A DNA stretch of 64,000 nt from Haliotis rubra (GCF_003918875.1 NW_025767236.1:186001-250000); one strand, 5' to 3'; positions 35,801 through 48,200 are shown, counted from the first letter of the stretch. Notes: a model not told the origin generated them from the letters alone. Numbers and translations are program-made.

Positions 35801-36587
35801 CTTTGGACTCCATGTGAACTTGGCAGGCAAATTGAGAAAACACAAAGTTTGTTCCAGACTACATTTTTTAAATTGTTTTATTTACATAATTTACATGAAT
35901 AAATTTGGACTGTTTAATCCAAATTGGGAATTTTTAATGTCAGTTTTACTTATATATGAGCCGACCATCAGTGAGTGATTATGGATTTATGCCGTTTTTA
36001 GCAATATTTCAGCAATATCATGGTGGGGGGCACCAGAAATGGGTTTCACACATTGTACCCATGTGGGGAATCGAACCCGGGTCTTCGGCATGACAAGCCA
36101 ACACTTTAACCATTAGGCTACCCCATCGTCCGCCAGCAACATCAGCCTCTGAGCAGGTCCTGATAAATGTATCTCATGAATAGCAATACAAAAATGTACA
36201 CATGATAAATTAGTACTTTTCTTTTCTGTCATAATCAAACATAACACAATTCAAAGAAAGAAGTTTGGCAACTTTTTAGCATACTTGTACTTTCTCAGTT
36301 CTCAGTTCTGTGTTGTGGGATCCATGTAATAATGATTCTGCTCCACATTTAGAGTGACAGATTTTCTCTGTGTACTAAGAGAGTAATCATTAACTCATAG
36401 ATAGATATACACCATAAAACTGAGTTGGCGGACAAAGAGGTGATTAGAAGACTTGAATCAGGTTTGCTTTGACTACCAGTTTTGATGGATTATAAGTTAG
36501 GTATTTTACCTGCACTCGGAACTTTGGTATAAATTTCAATTCTTTTGCCCATGATGGGGGGTTGTAAGGTTCAAGAAATGTTGTCAT
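29740..36587 (-). CDS. D-cysteine desulfhydrase / ACC deaminase family PLP enzyme, paralogue B (9 exons, 367 aa)
   Basis: Exons 36587-36510, 35622-35509, 35063-34905, 34564-34428, 33393-33294, 32766-32666, 31625-31462, 30895-30755 and 29849-29740 total 1104 nt, all GT-AG. Canonical [46 protein letters not shown] on minus at about 29045-29050. Confidence 0.93.
29925..30787 (-). repeat. 39-bp minisatellite made of the exon-8 3' end plus 5' splice site (about 22 copies)
   Basis: Minus-strand unit TTCAAGGGGGACAGGGTCTTGTTTCTTCACACAG|GTAGA; the first copy is the real exon end. Confidence 0.95.
30755..30895 (-). CDS. Desulfhydrase B exon 8 (...[12 protein letters not shown]...RVLFLHT)
   Basis: tacag| and |gtagat; 141 nt as in paralogue A (first of many identical donors). 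Confidence 0.9.
30958..31320 (-). mobile_element. L2/CR1-type LINE 3' end
   Basis: C-terminal ORF2 remnant [17 protein letters not shown]...[10 protein letters not shown] followed by a (TTA)n tail. Confidence 0.8.
31462..31625 (-). CDS. Desulfhydrase B exon 7 ([14 protein letters not shown]...[15 protein letters not shown])
   Basis: ctgtag| and |gtgggt; 164 nt as in paralogue A. Confidence 0.9.
31585..32515 (-). repeat. 49-bp minisatellite made of the 3' splice site plus exon-7 start (about 19 copies)
   Basis: Minus-strand unit GTATTTCTACCTGTAG|ATGTCATGGGTTCGTGGTGTGTGACGATGACGT; the last copy is the real acceptor. Confidence 0.95.
32666..32766 (-). CDS. Desulfhydrase B exon 6 ([22 protein letters not shown]...)
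   Basis: ttcag| and |gtaaga. Confidence 0.92.
33294..33393 (-). CDS. Desulfhydrase B exon 5 ([16 protein letters not shown]...)
   Basis: tttcag| and |gtaccg. Confidence 0.9.
33481..34418. repeat. Degenerate 21-25-bp minisatellite (CCCTCTGTACATGTGTGCCCTACC)
   Basis: Fills most of intron 4 of desulfhydrase B; the Cys/Pro-rich ORFs over it are artefacts. Confidence 0.93.
34428..34564 (-). CDS. Desulfhydrase B exon 4 ([19 protein letters not shown]...)
   Basis: gcag| and |gtgagt. Confidence 0.9.
34905..35063 (-). CDS. Desulfhydrase B exon 3 ([11 protein letters not shown]...[10 protein letters not shown]...)
   Basis: Splice sites and family motifs. Confidence 0.93.
35509..35622 (-). CDS. Desulfhydrase B exon 2 ([11 protein letters not shown]...[14 protein letters not shown])
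   Basis: Splice sites present; contains the PLP-lysine motif. Confidence 0.93.
35970..36133 (-). mobile_element. SINE family 1
   Basis: Reverse copy in intron 1 of desulfhydrase B. Confidence 0.85.
36510..36587 (-). CDS. Desulfhydrase B exon 1 ([26 protein letters not shown])
   Basis: ATG ... CAG|gtaaaa; phase 0 joins exon 2. Confidence 0.85.
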
Positions 36588-38429
36588 CTTCTGCACCCTT
36601 TGATAAATGATCCTGGTAGGTTCAACCTTCAATGTCTGTAAACAATGCTGACTTGTCCGTATCTTCCCCACAACTGCTACACTTGATCTCATTCTCTTAG
36701 TCAACGTAGGCTGACCTACATACAGAGACTATATAAATACATTGAAGATAGCAAGATACGACCTGTTTATGTAAACATAATGAATATACTGGGTATGCAA
36801 TAGGAGTCGTTCGAAAACAGGTTACGCGACGTTGAGGTTAGTAGCTGTGTCTCCCTCATGTTCGCGAAGTGGGCTCAATGTACACACCCTTCTCAACACT
36901 GGGTACATCTTGGTTTTTGCACTCCAGTTAAAACTGTGCGTTGCAAGTCAGAATTTTGGTGCCCATGTCATGGTGAAAGAGAAGAGTACATGTGCTTTAT
37001 TCAAAGAAAAGACTGATGTAATTTTGTGTGCATTTCACTGTTATCTGACGTTAACAATTCGTATTTGAACTGTGTGAACTTTTTAATGTGATATAGTGAA
37101 TTCTGACGATATAATGTATATTGTTGTCCGCTTAATTACTGATGTTTTATAAACGTCGTCGCTTTATTTGTTCGAAAACCGGTTACGCGAGGATACTATT
37201 TGCCAATTTACATCACAAAACAAAACATATTCATCCACTCGCCAACACTGATTTCGTCAGAGTTGAACTGACTGCATGTAAGAGAGTGTCACTGTAAAAA
37301 TGTGCTGTTATTACAATACCTAGCACCAGTTAAGTGCTCCATTATGGTGTAAACAAGAAAATATATGCGGTCTTCCATGGAACGACTTTTGTGGGAATAA
37401 TCTACCCTTGGTTATTTACATATTTGTTCCACAACAACGGAATAGACTATGCTTGGAGGCAAAACGTAGTCTTTCATATTTTAAGTTTTCAAGTGAATGT
37501 AAAGGATACACATTGCACCTTTACGTTCTTAAGGGTTATGACATTGTTGGGCTCTTGGAAAGTAAATGTCAAGAATTAAAAATATTTACAGTAAGTTCGT
37601 TCCACATTCATTGGTACACTTTTAATAGTGATCCATACGATTAAACTGGTTCCTTTGCTGGTATGCGATGCAAGCTAAAACTGGTTTCGCTATTTGTACG
37701 CGATGTACGGTTACCGTTTGCTGTAGACAATAGCCCAGTCTATTCTAAAATGGGAGCATCCAAACGTGAACGCTCAACATAAATGAAACCGGTAAACCTT
37801 GATATGCAGTATTTTGAAAGGACTCTGAAACATGTGACGAATCATCACATCTCGCTTGCCTGTCCCAGAAGTTTTCATAGTTTGCCGCAAGAATTTAATT
37901 CGTAGGCCATTTAGTGAATTGACTGATAATAAGTTATCTAAATAAATTAAACTATAACTGCATTATTTGATGTTATGCCATTGTTTAATGCAAAAATATA
38001 ATAACATCATTTGTGACGTTTTCCTTAACCACTGTTTAACTGTTCACAGGGTAATCACGAAGTCTGTATGATTTGACACCCGACATCGTGACACGCCCTT
38101 GAAGAGATGTAGTGTCAAAAGATTGTTAATAAATTCAGTATCGTGTGTGTCCACCATTGGCGTTGATGTTGGCTTGACAACGACGACGCAAGGACGATAC
38201 TAAGCGATTGAAGAAAGTTTGAGGAATGTTATTCTGTGTCTGAACTAACGTTTGTACCAATTCAGCTAATGTATACAGCTGGAATTGCCTGATTTGATTA
38301 GACAGCTGTCATACAGCATGAATTGCCTGATTTGATTAGACAGCTGTCATACAGCAGGGATTACCTGATTTGATTAGACAGCTGTCATACAGCTGGAATA
38401 TAGTTGAGTGTGACATTAAAACACATGTA

Positions 38430-39945
38430 TACTGAGTCAAAAAAGAAACTTCACATTCTTTCTTCAGGGCACTATAAAAGAACAAGAGATGGTTATTATT
38501 TCATTGCTGAGATCTGTGTGATGTACTCGATACACTGACAGTGCCATAATCAGTTCCATTAGGCTACACCGCCGTTCCAAAACATGGGTATACAGAATGT
38601 CAAGTCACAAGAATAAAAATGCGAAATTTCTCAGTTCAATATCGTGTATGGCCGCCCCGCGCATTCACCACTGCCAAACACCGTCTCCTCATCGAGTGCC
38701 TGATGCTTGTGAACACGTGGTTGGTGATTCTGCGCCATTGCTCTTGCAAGGCAGCGCCAAGTTCCTGCAAATTCTGAGGTTGGTTTCTAAGACCACGAAG
38801 CCTTCTCCCAAGTGCATCTCAAACGTGCTCTATTGGATTAAGGTCAGGGGACCTCGATGGCCAGTCCATGACGTTGATTCCAGCGTTTTGAAGGCAATTT
38901 CGTGTCAACATCGCGGCATGCGGCCGAGCATTATCATGCTGGAACTGTAGACCTGGGCCATGAGCCGCCATGAAAGGAACGAGTTCAGGGGTGAGCACCT
39001 GGTCGCGGTAAGCAGGAGCTGTGAGGTTTCCACGGATGACCAGAAGTCGGGAACGGTTGTTCCCACAGAAAGCACCCCACACCATGCAACTTCCGCCCCC
39101 GAATCTGTCGACTTCCTGTACACAACATTGGGCATACCGTTCACGACGTCGTCTCCAGACTCTATGCCTGCCGTCCGCGAATCTGAGGGTAAACCTGGAT
39201 TCATCGCTAAAGACGACTCGATTCCAGTCTCTCTGGGTCCATCGGAGGTGACATTGGGCCCACAGCAGACGTTGACGTTGATGAAACGGCGTTAATATTG
39301 GCCCACGATATGGACGTCGAGAATGGAGATTGGCAGCCGGCAACCGATTTCGAATGGTCTGTGAGGACAGTCGACCTCTAAACATCTCAGCCCTGGTTCG
39401 TGTAGCCGGCAGAAATCTGTCACGTAGGTGACGTAGGACGATTTGACGGTCTTCTGCTCGTGACGCCACACGTGGACGACCCGACCTTGGGCGATCAGAA
39501 GTGGTGCCAGTTTGTTGTAGACGACCTCGCAAGTCATACACAGTACGACGGCTGCATCCCATTGCTCTTGCGACGTCAATAACTGATCTTCCCGCTTGCA
39601 ACATGCCAACGGCACGTTCACGTAGCACATTTGACAATCGTGGCATTTCAAGTACCGTTAGAACTGTGGTTTAAAAGTGTTTTTTCAATTCTTGAGGCCA
39701 ATGCAAACACGTGCATATGAAGAAAGCTTCGATGCGAAGATCACGTGATCGACTGCACGTGCAAAACCTGATTTGGCACTAACGTCATTTGCACGACGAA
39801 TGGATGGGTTTGAGTGGGTTTTGCTAACGTTTTTCTAGAGTCGAAAGATAGGGATCCCATTTCGGATACATAGATGTATCATCAGAGAAAAATTGTTCAT
39901 TATTTTTCAAATTACATTTTGTGAAGTTTCTTTTTTGACTCAGTA
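38430..39945 (-). mobile_element. Tc1 (DD34E) transposon, copy 1
   Basis: TIRs TACTGAGTCAAAAAAGAAACTTCACA with TA flanks; transposase inside. Confidence 0.93.
38636..39646 (-). pseudogene. Tc1 transposase with a single premature TGA at the conserved NPIEHV(W) tryptophan
   Basis: HTH, GRPR, FSDESRF, QHDNA and WPSRSPDLNPIE with D-34-E spacing. After TGA (38821-38819) the frame continues DALGRRL...GGHTRY*. Confidence 0.9.
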
Positions 39946-41998
39946 TATATACATTGTATATATATATATACGTCAATGGCTTGGGCTTGGCGTAAACGTC
40001 GCTCCATTTCACCCAAAGCGTGCTGGATAGGGGATCCGGGACAGGTACGGAAAACAGGTGGCCAGGAGAGTACCAGAATGTTCTGCTGTTTTAGGAAATC
40101 TGTCACAACACGAGCGACATTATCGTCTGAAGTTATGTCTCTGTCCTTGAATGAACGGCTGCACACGAGGCCCAATAATCTCATCTCTGTTACCCAGTCA
40201 GATTGCCACTGATCGTGACAATGACATGAGATGTGATTCCACCCCATACCATAACGCCTACGCTACTAAACTGTTGACTTTGAACAACGCACGCGCCAGC
40301 AAACCTTCCAGCATTGCACACCCTTGCCCTGCCATCTGAACTGTCCAGAAGAAATCTCGACACGTGAGTGAACAAAACACCATGCATCCCAATCCTGTCT
40401 CATATGCCTGTCGGTGACATTGGCGCAAAATTAGACGTATTGCAGGCCGTCGGGGCCGGTTGTTGTGCTCCCTCAGTCGGTTCTGTACAGTCCTGGAACT
40501 GATTGGACATAAGCCAGGAATGGTCCGTGCAGTCAAACTGGCAGTCTGGAATCGATCCTTAGATGGGTCAGCCGAATGTGGTTGTCTTGCTGACATGACA
40601 TAACCCGTGGACGGCCGTTTCGAGGCAAATCTCTCGTGTTCCCATTATGTTGAAAATGTCTCCATAGAGATGAGGTCGTGTTTCGATGGGCACAAAAATG
40701 TCTGGCCACTTCATTTTGGGCCAGTCCAGTCTCCAGCATACCCACGGCGCGGAGACGCTGATTTTCTGTAAGCCGTGTCATGACGTTTCCACAACATTCA
40801 GAGACCAGAGAATAATCAACCGTTCTTCAATTTTCAATATCAGGTGTGTGAACTTCAGGTGTCAAAAAGCATGCAAAAAGTGAGTAAGTCATTGTGAACA
40901 AAGTGCACGTGCCACGCGATACGTGACATCAAATTTCATGGCAAGTGCTTTGCTACATGTGTATTTTGTGTTATTTGTATAACTCTTCAAATTCAAAAAA
41001 ACTTTTATTTTATGCAATTTTATATTATGCACAGTTGAGTTTTCCGTTAGTAAACATGCATTTCCATTATTCAAACAATTGCTTATAATATGTCACTTTT
41101 ATAGTATTAATTCTTTATGCACTGGTTGTTCTGTTTTAGGTTTTTCGAACACCGACATGGAAAACATTTGTTGGAGAGTTTATCGCAGTAACGTAGAGAC
41201 AGCCCCTATACGTGCCGGGGTGGGAGACCGAACTCAGTTCTCGGTTCAAAATACTCACTTGGGTGACAAGAGAAGGGGTGGGGGCGTTCATGTACAAAGA
41301 CAATAATAATATAATAAAGAAAGCCAGATAGGTAGGATTAATTTACAAAGACGAAGCCAATGAGATTAACGGTATAACAATTTCGTTAACAATTCTCAGA
41401 ACTTAGAACTGATCGTCCCCGATCCAGGAGGTTGATTAGAAACCTGCCCTCCCATTCGAAAACAAATGGAGGTTAACGGATAGATGCGAGTGACGAATTG
41501 CTGTCAAATCGAAAGTTTGTTTCAGTTATATAACATGATAACAAACTGCCCAGACCCATCAAGATCCGGGTAATAATTGTTCTTCACGCATCCCATACTT
41601 GTCGTCAGAGACGACTTATGGGATCGGGCGGTCAGGCTGTCTGACTTGGTTAACAAAATATATACATGTCATCTAATCCTGATAACGTAGATCGATGCTC
41701 ATGCTGTTGATCACTTGATTGTCTTGTCGAGACACGATTATTTACAGACCGACGCCATATAGCTGGAATATTGCTGAGAGGGGCGTAAAATAACAAACCA
41801 ACCGACCAACCAAAACAAACTGTTCATCCACAACACATCGAGGCACTTTTCACACAAAGTTCCCGAGTATTTGTTTCCATTCGATACCGAAGACCAATGA
41901 ATGCTTTCTTTAGTGTCGTCCAATCGCAGCCTACGAAAAGTCTGTCACCGGCTGTCTGAGTAGAACGGAGCCCAGTCAACTTCAGGTCAGCTGACAAG

Positions 41999-42254
41999 AT
42001 GGCGGGAAAGTACGGAAAGCTGCATCTTCTTGGATCTGGCAGTTTTGGCCAAGCGTGGCTTGTCACAAATAAAGATAAAGTGAAAAGTGTTCTGAAAGAA
42101 ATCAAATTGACGTCGCTATCAGAAAAAGAAGTAGACCAAGCTTTGGTTGAAGTGACAGTTCTTGCTAAGTGCCGGAATGTGAATGTTGTCAAATATCGAG
42201 AAGCATTTGTGGAAGAAAAATGCCTCAAAATTGTGATGGAATATGCTGATGGAG
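41999..42254 (+). CDS. NEK exon 1
   Basis: ATG, Gly-rich loop, catalytic Lys; |gtattg donor. Confidence 0.92.
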
Positions 42255-45200
42255 GTATTGACAGCAATTAGTTGATGCATGTTGGGGTTGGTGCACTTTA
42301 CCGGGCGTACTTTTGCACATTGGCATGCTGTGGTAGACGAGAGCCGTGATGGGGTCTGACAGTCGAGACAGTACACTACTCGATTTAGACTGACGCTTAG
42401 TCTCTGAATATAAATCATCTTGATAGCAACAACTTGTCTCACATAAATTGGAAGGACGCCCCAGTGCGATGGGAGATTCAGGAACCTAAATCTGGGGAAA
42501 TCAGAAAGACTTCTGCCCGTATTCCTCCCTAAATTTCATTCTAGTTAAATCATATCACCTGAATATACAGTATTCCTCATTTGATAAGGATGAGTTTTAA
42601 CATGTTTCTTTAATTGTATTTGAACATGCTGAAAAACACATCCTTCTTCGGAAAGAGTTCCTTCCGTTCCCCCAACCCTACACCTAACTCTAAACCCAAC
42701 CCTAAACTTAACCCTAAAGCTAACCCTAACTTCAATTTTGGACTTTTAGTAATTTTGTGGGTTCTCTAATAAAAAAATTTGTTAATAATTTTAGTATGTT
42801 TATTAATATTATTTGGGATGGGGGAACGGGAGGAACTCTTAACCCATCTTCTAAAAATGCCACTCAAATAAATATTTCCTCATTATAATTTAGGGGGGAT
42901 ACGGTCGGAAGTCTTACCCCCTGGAGCAGCTAATAGATCATGTTCTCGACTGGTAACATTCATAGCATTTATCTGTCTTAAAACTCTAAACCTAGAAAGG
43001 ATCAAAGATGGAGATCAGTGAAGATATAAGATCCTTTTTCTTGAGATATATCCGACTGCTGGATGGCAAACAAAGTCTATAATTGCATTAATTAGCTTAC
43101 AGGCAAACAAAGTCTATAATTGCATTAATTAGCTTACAGGCAAACAGGCTTGGATGCACCCAAGATGTATCATTGACTGCAGAGCTCGATTTAATTATTT
43201 TGAAGTTGCACTGGTGCATGATAATATTTTATTAATAATAATAATAATAAGAGTATTTTTTATAGCTCTGACTTCCACCACACAAGGGCAATGCTCAAAG
43301 CGTAGACAAGTCATAGTTCATATGTACACGAAATACAAGGTTTTATGAAACAAAGCGTTGTAAGAGGTGGGTTTGAAGTCTTTTTTTGAAGAGTGGCAGA
43401 GTTGGTACTAGTTTTAGGTCAAGAGGCAGAGAGTTTTATTGGTCAAAGAACATGGACTTCAGCTCGAAAACCGAATGATAAGCAGTGAGTCTGATGATAA
43501 CATGGACTGCAGCTCGAAAACCGAATGATAAGCAGTGAGTCTGATGATAACATGGACTGTGATTGAATGACTGTTACTGTTCATGATATGAAAGTTGAGG
43601 AAGTAGATGAAATGACTTCATCAGACCCTGAATAATTCTATTATGATGATGTTCTAAATCACCAATCAGCTAAAGTATTAGATACCGTTTGTTATTGAGT
43701 TATTACCTTAGGTTGTTGCATCAGGTGTAAGTAGATTAAATCAGGCCCAGGATTGTTTCAAAGATGCAACAAACCTTTATAGTGGCAAGTTGCACTTTAC
43801 CTGGGAATATGTTTTGTTTAGCATGTTTAGAGTTTTACAATTGCACAGATTGATGCTCATGCTTTTGATCACTGGATTGTCTGGCCCAGACTCGATTATT
43901 TACAGACCGCCGCCATATAGCTGGAGTATTGCTGAGTGCGGTGTGAAACAACTCATTCATTTAGAGTTGTACCTATGTTTAGTATTTGTTATATTTTGGA
44001 TTACACTTTCTCAGCAAAGAGCAGATTCCAGTACTTTTGTTAGGTTGAGTCCCATCCTGGATTCGAACCCAGTCTGAGTCAGGCACCTAATTGCCAGCTT
44101 ACAAAGTCAACAACCTAGAATGCTAATCAAAGAAGAAACAACCTAGTCCACTCAGCCACAGCGACATCCACTAGAATGGAAGTCAGACAACTTGTAGTCT
44201 AGTGTAGTCCAGTATTGTTGGAATACCACATAGAGGTGACGAAAGCTAATGGGTGTCATAGCCAAAATGTTACAATATATTTAAGTGATATTTCAACTGT
44301 AGGACATTAAAGTTGTTGCTCATATGATTCTTGCCCTTTTTCATCTTGACTTTTATTTGTTTCAGGAGACCTACAAAAGAAAATACAAGATCAAAAAGGA
44401 ATTCATTTGTCCAAAGAAGTAAGATATATTTCGTCAAAGTTAACATTGATCCAAGTGTGGCCATGACAAGGATCATTGTCAACATTATCAATTTCGGGAT
44501 TGCCTGATTTGATTAGACAGCTGTCATACAGCTGGGATTACCTGATTTGATTAGACAGCTGTCATACAGCTGGGATTACCTGATCTGATTAGACAGCTGT
44601 CATACAGCTGGGATTACCTGATTTGATTAGACAGCTGTCATACAGCTGGGATTGCCTGATTTGATTAGACAGCTGTCATACAGCTGGTATTGCCTGATTT
44701 GATTAGACAGCTGTCATACAGCTGGGATTGCCTGATTTGATTAGACAGCTGTCATACAGCTGGGATTGCCTGATTTGATTAGACAGCTGTCATACAGCTG
44801 GGATTGCCTAATCTGATTAGACAGCTGTCATACCGCTGGGATTGCCTGATTTGATTAGACAGCTGTCATACAGCTGGGATTACCTGATCTGATTAGACAG
44901 CTGTCATACAGCTGGGATAACCTGATCTGATTAGACAGCTGTCATACAGCTGGGATTGCCTGATTTGATTAGACAGCTGTCATACAGCTGGGATTGCCTG
45001 ATTTGATTAGACAGCTGTCATACAGCTGGAATTGCCCGATTTGATTAGACAGCTGTCATACAGCTGGGATTACCTGATTTGATTAGACAGCTGTCATACA
45101 GCTGGAATTGCCTGATTTGATTAGACAGCTGTCATACAGCTGGGATTACCTGATTTGATTAGACAGCTGTCATACAGCTAGAATTGCCTGATTTGATTAG

Positions 45201-48200
45201 ACAGCTGTCATAAAGCTGGGATTACCTGATTTGATTAGACAGCTGTCATACAGCTGGAATTGCCTGATTTGATTAGACAGCTGTCATACAGCTGGAATAT
45301 AGTTGAGTGTGACATTAAAACATGTATACTGAGTCAAAAAAGAAACTTCACATTCTTTCTTCAGGGCACTATAAAAGAACAAGAGATGGTAAGATGGTTA
45401 AATTGTTATTATTTCATTGCTGAGATCTATGTGATGTACTCGATACACTGACAGTGCCATAATCAGTTCCATTAGGCTACACCGCCGTTCCAAAACATGG
45501 GTATACAGAATGTCAAGTCACAAGAATAAAAATGCGAAATTTCTCAGTTTAATATCGTGTATGGCTGCCCCGCGCATTCACCACTGCCAAACACCATCGA
45601 CTGCCTGATGCTTGTGAACACGTGGTTGGTGATTCTGCGCCATTGCTCTTGCAAGGCAGCGCCAAGTTCCTGCAAATTCTGAGGTTGGTTCCTAAGACCA
45701 CGAAGCCTTCTCCCAAGTGCATCTCAAACGTGCTCTATTGGATTAAGGTCAGGTCACCTCGATGGCCAGTCCATGACGTTGATTCCAGTGTTTTGAAGGA
45801 AATTTCGTGTCAACATCGCGGTATGCGGCCGAGCATTATCATGCTGGAACTGTAGACCTGGGCCATGAGCCGCCATGAAAGGAACGAGTTCAGGGGCGAG
45901 CATCTGGTCGCGGTAAGCAGGAGCTGTGAGGTTTCCACTGATGACCAGAAGTCGGGAACGGTTGTTCCCACAGAAAGCACCCCACACCATGCAAATCTCT
46001 CTCCCAGAATCTGTCGACTTCCTGTACACAACATTGGGCATACCGTTCACGACATCGTCTCCAGACTCTTTGCCTGCCGTCCGCGAATCTGAGGGTAAAC
46101 CTGGATTCATCGCTAAAGACGACTCGATTCCAGTCTCTCTGGGTCCATCGGAGGTGACGTTGGGCCCACAGCAGACGTTGACGTTGATGAAACGGCGTCA
46201 ATATTGGCCCACGATATGGATGTCGAGAATGGAGATTGGCAGCCCGCAACCGATTTCGAATGGTCTGTGAGGACAGTCGACCTCTAAACATCTCAGCCCT
46301 GGTTCGTGTAGCCGGCACGTGGACGACCCGACCTTGGGCGATCAGAAGTGGTGCCAGTTTGTTGTAGACAACCTCGCAAGTCATACACAGTATGACGGCT
46401 GCATCCCATTGCTCTTGCGACGTCAATAACTGATCTTCCCGCTTGCAACATGCCAACAGCACGTTCACGTTGCACATTTGACAATCGTGGCATTTCAAGT
46501 ACCGTTAGAACTGTGGTTTAAAAGTTTTTTCAATTCTTGAGGCCAATGCAAACACGTGCATATGAAGAAAACTTCGATGCGAAGATCACGTGTTTGACTG
46601 CACGTGCAAAACCTGATTTGGCACTAATGTCATTTGCACGACAAATGGATGGATTTGAGTGGGTTTTGCTAACGTTTTTCTAGAGTCGAAAGATAGGGAT
46701 CCCATTTCGGATACATAGATGTATCATCAGAGAAAAATTATTCATTATTTTTCAAATTACATTTGTGAAGTTTCTTTTTTGACTCAGTATACATTGATAA
46801 TTTCAATGGCTTCATTATCAGCTAGTTTATGGAGAATAGTATATGACCAAAGAGGCTAGTAAGATGCACAGGATGGTATATGTGTCAGTTGTGTTTTTGA
46901 AAAACATTCTGCCTGATATTGTATGTAATATTTTGTTCTGTTTCAGATCGTGTTCGACTGGTTTGTGCAGATAGTGTTTGCCCTGAAGTACATTCATGGG
47001 AAGAATATCCTACACCGAGGTAAATACGTGTCATAGATGACTTGATTCCCAAGTCGAAACATGAAGCTTATTGCTCAGTATCTACACAACTAAGTTAGTG
47101 AATTGATAAATAACTGATCAATGAATAATGATTTGATTATGTTGAAACACACAAGACACACTTTACAATCACAAGAAGCAATACGGTAGGTGAAATGTGG
47201 CAACAGTAAGTTTTAAGTTTTCTGTTTGATTGTCCAGCATTTGTCCGATGTATTGGATGAGGTCCATGCTCTCCTTGAACTCATGAAACAGTGTTGGGAG
47301 CAGGCAAAGAAGTCTTCATTTTCAGATTACTAGAAAGTCACATGTTAGATTATCAAAGGTCTTGATTCGCCATTGTATAGTTAACAGCCAGTCTTCTGTG
47401 AACTGTCACCTTATGAAGTTCCTGAATGAGGTAGTATATCCCAGTGTTGATACACAAAGACAGATAACTCCAGATACTCTGGTAGTCGCATGCCATCAAG
47501 GAATATATTTTAGGAAAACAGCACTTGGTATTTTACAAGTGCTTCAATATAGATCTGCCCCTACAACTGTGATAGTGCAGTGCATGGCAGTGTATCTTTG
47601 TACACCAAAGTGTCCCTGTGAATTTGATCATATGTTTATCTAAATATGATGCCAGAATTGAAACACATAAAAAAACATGGAATGTCACAAAGTTTGTCTT
47701 CTGTGTGACAAATCATCACACGCTGCTGTCCCATGGGGGGAGAGGTGGGAGGCTGACAGTGAGGTACTCGGGGTAAGGGGTCTGCCCTCCACCCAGACAT
47801 GTTTTCATGTTTCCCAAATTTCTAAACATTTGGATGAAGTCGAAAAAAATATTGTTTTTGCTGACATGAAGTATAAAGTGGTCTGGACACACTTTTGAAA
47901 TACAAAATATTCTCGTAGCAAAGTTTAACAGGTCACATTTCTCTTGACAGATTTGAAGCCCCAGAACGTCTTTCTGACCAGCCAGAACATAGTGAAGCTT
48001 GGCGACTTTGGTATCTCCCGCATCCTGAGGAACTCCATGGACCACGCTGTGACCACCATCGGTACCCCTTTCTACCTCAGTCCAGAGATTTGCCAGAAAC
48101 AACCGTATCCTCAAACAAAACTCTGGCAATAAGGCTGCCTGCAAGTAACTTGTACATTTACTGGTCCAAAACTTTCCTGCATAATAATTTTTATTAAATC

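Larger units (their letters stand above)
38030..41000 (-). mobile_element. Older, decayed Tc1 element split by an insertion (transposase 40781-39970 plus 38271-38135); boundaries approximate
   Basis: N-terminus MTRLTENQRLRAVGML... at 40781. ...EMERRLRQAQAIDV at 39970 continues as TLAELVQ...SSLRRRCQANINANGGHTRY* at 38271-38135. Confidence 0.8.

Noticed and set aside
3409-36587. Recent bacterial horizontal transfer or true ACC deaminase
   Set aside because: Spliceosomal introns at shared positions in both copies, and Thr/Thr rather than Glu/Leu signature residues.
38819-38821. TGA in the Tc1 transposase as recoding or selenocysteine
   Set aside because: A simple TGG>TGA nonsense change; it is shared by both copies because one was copied from the other.
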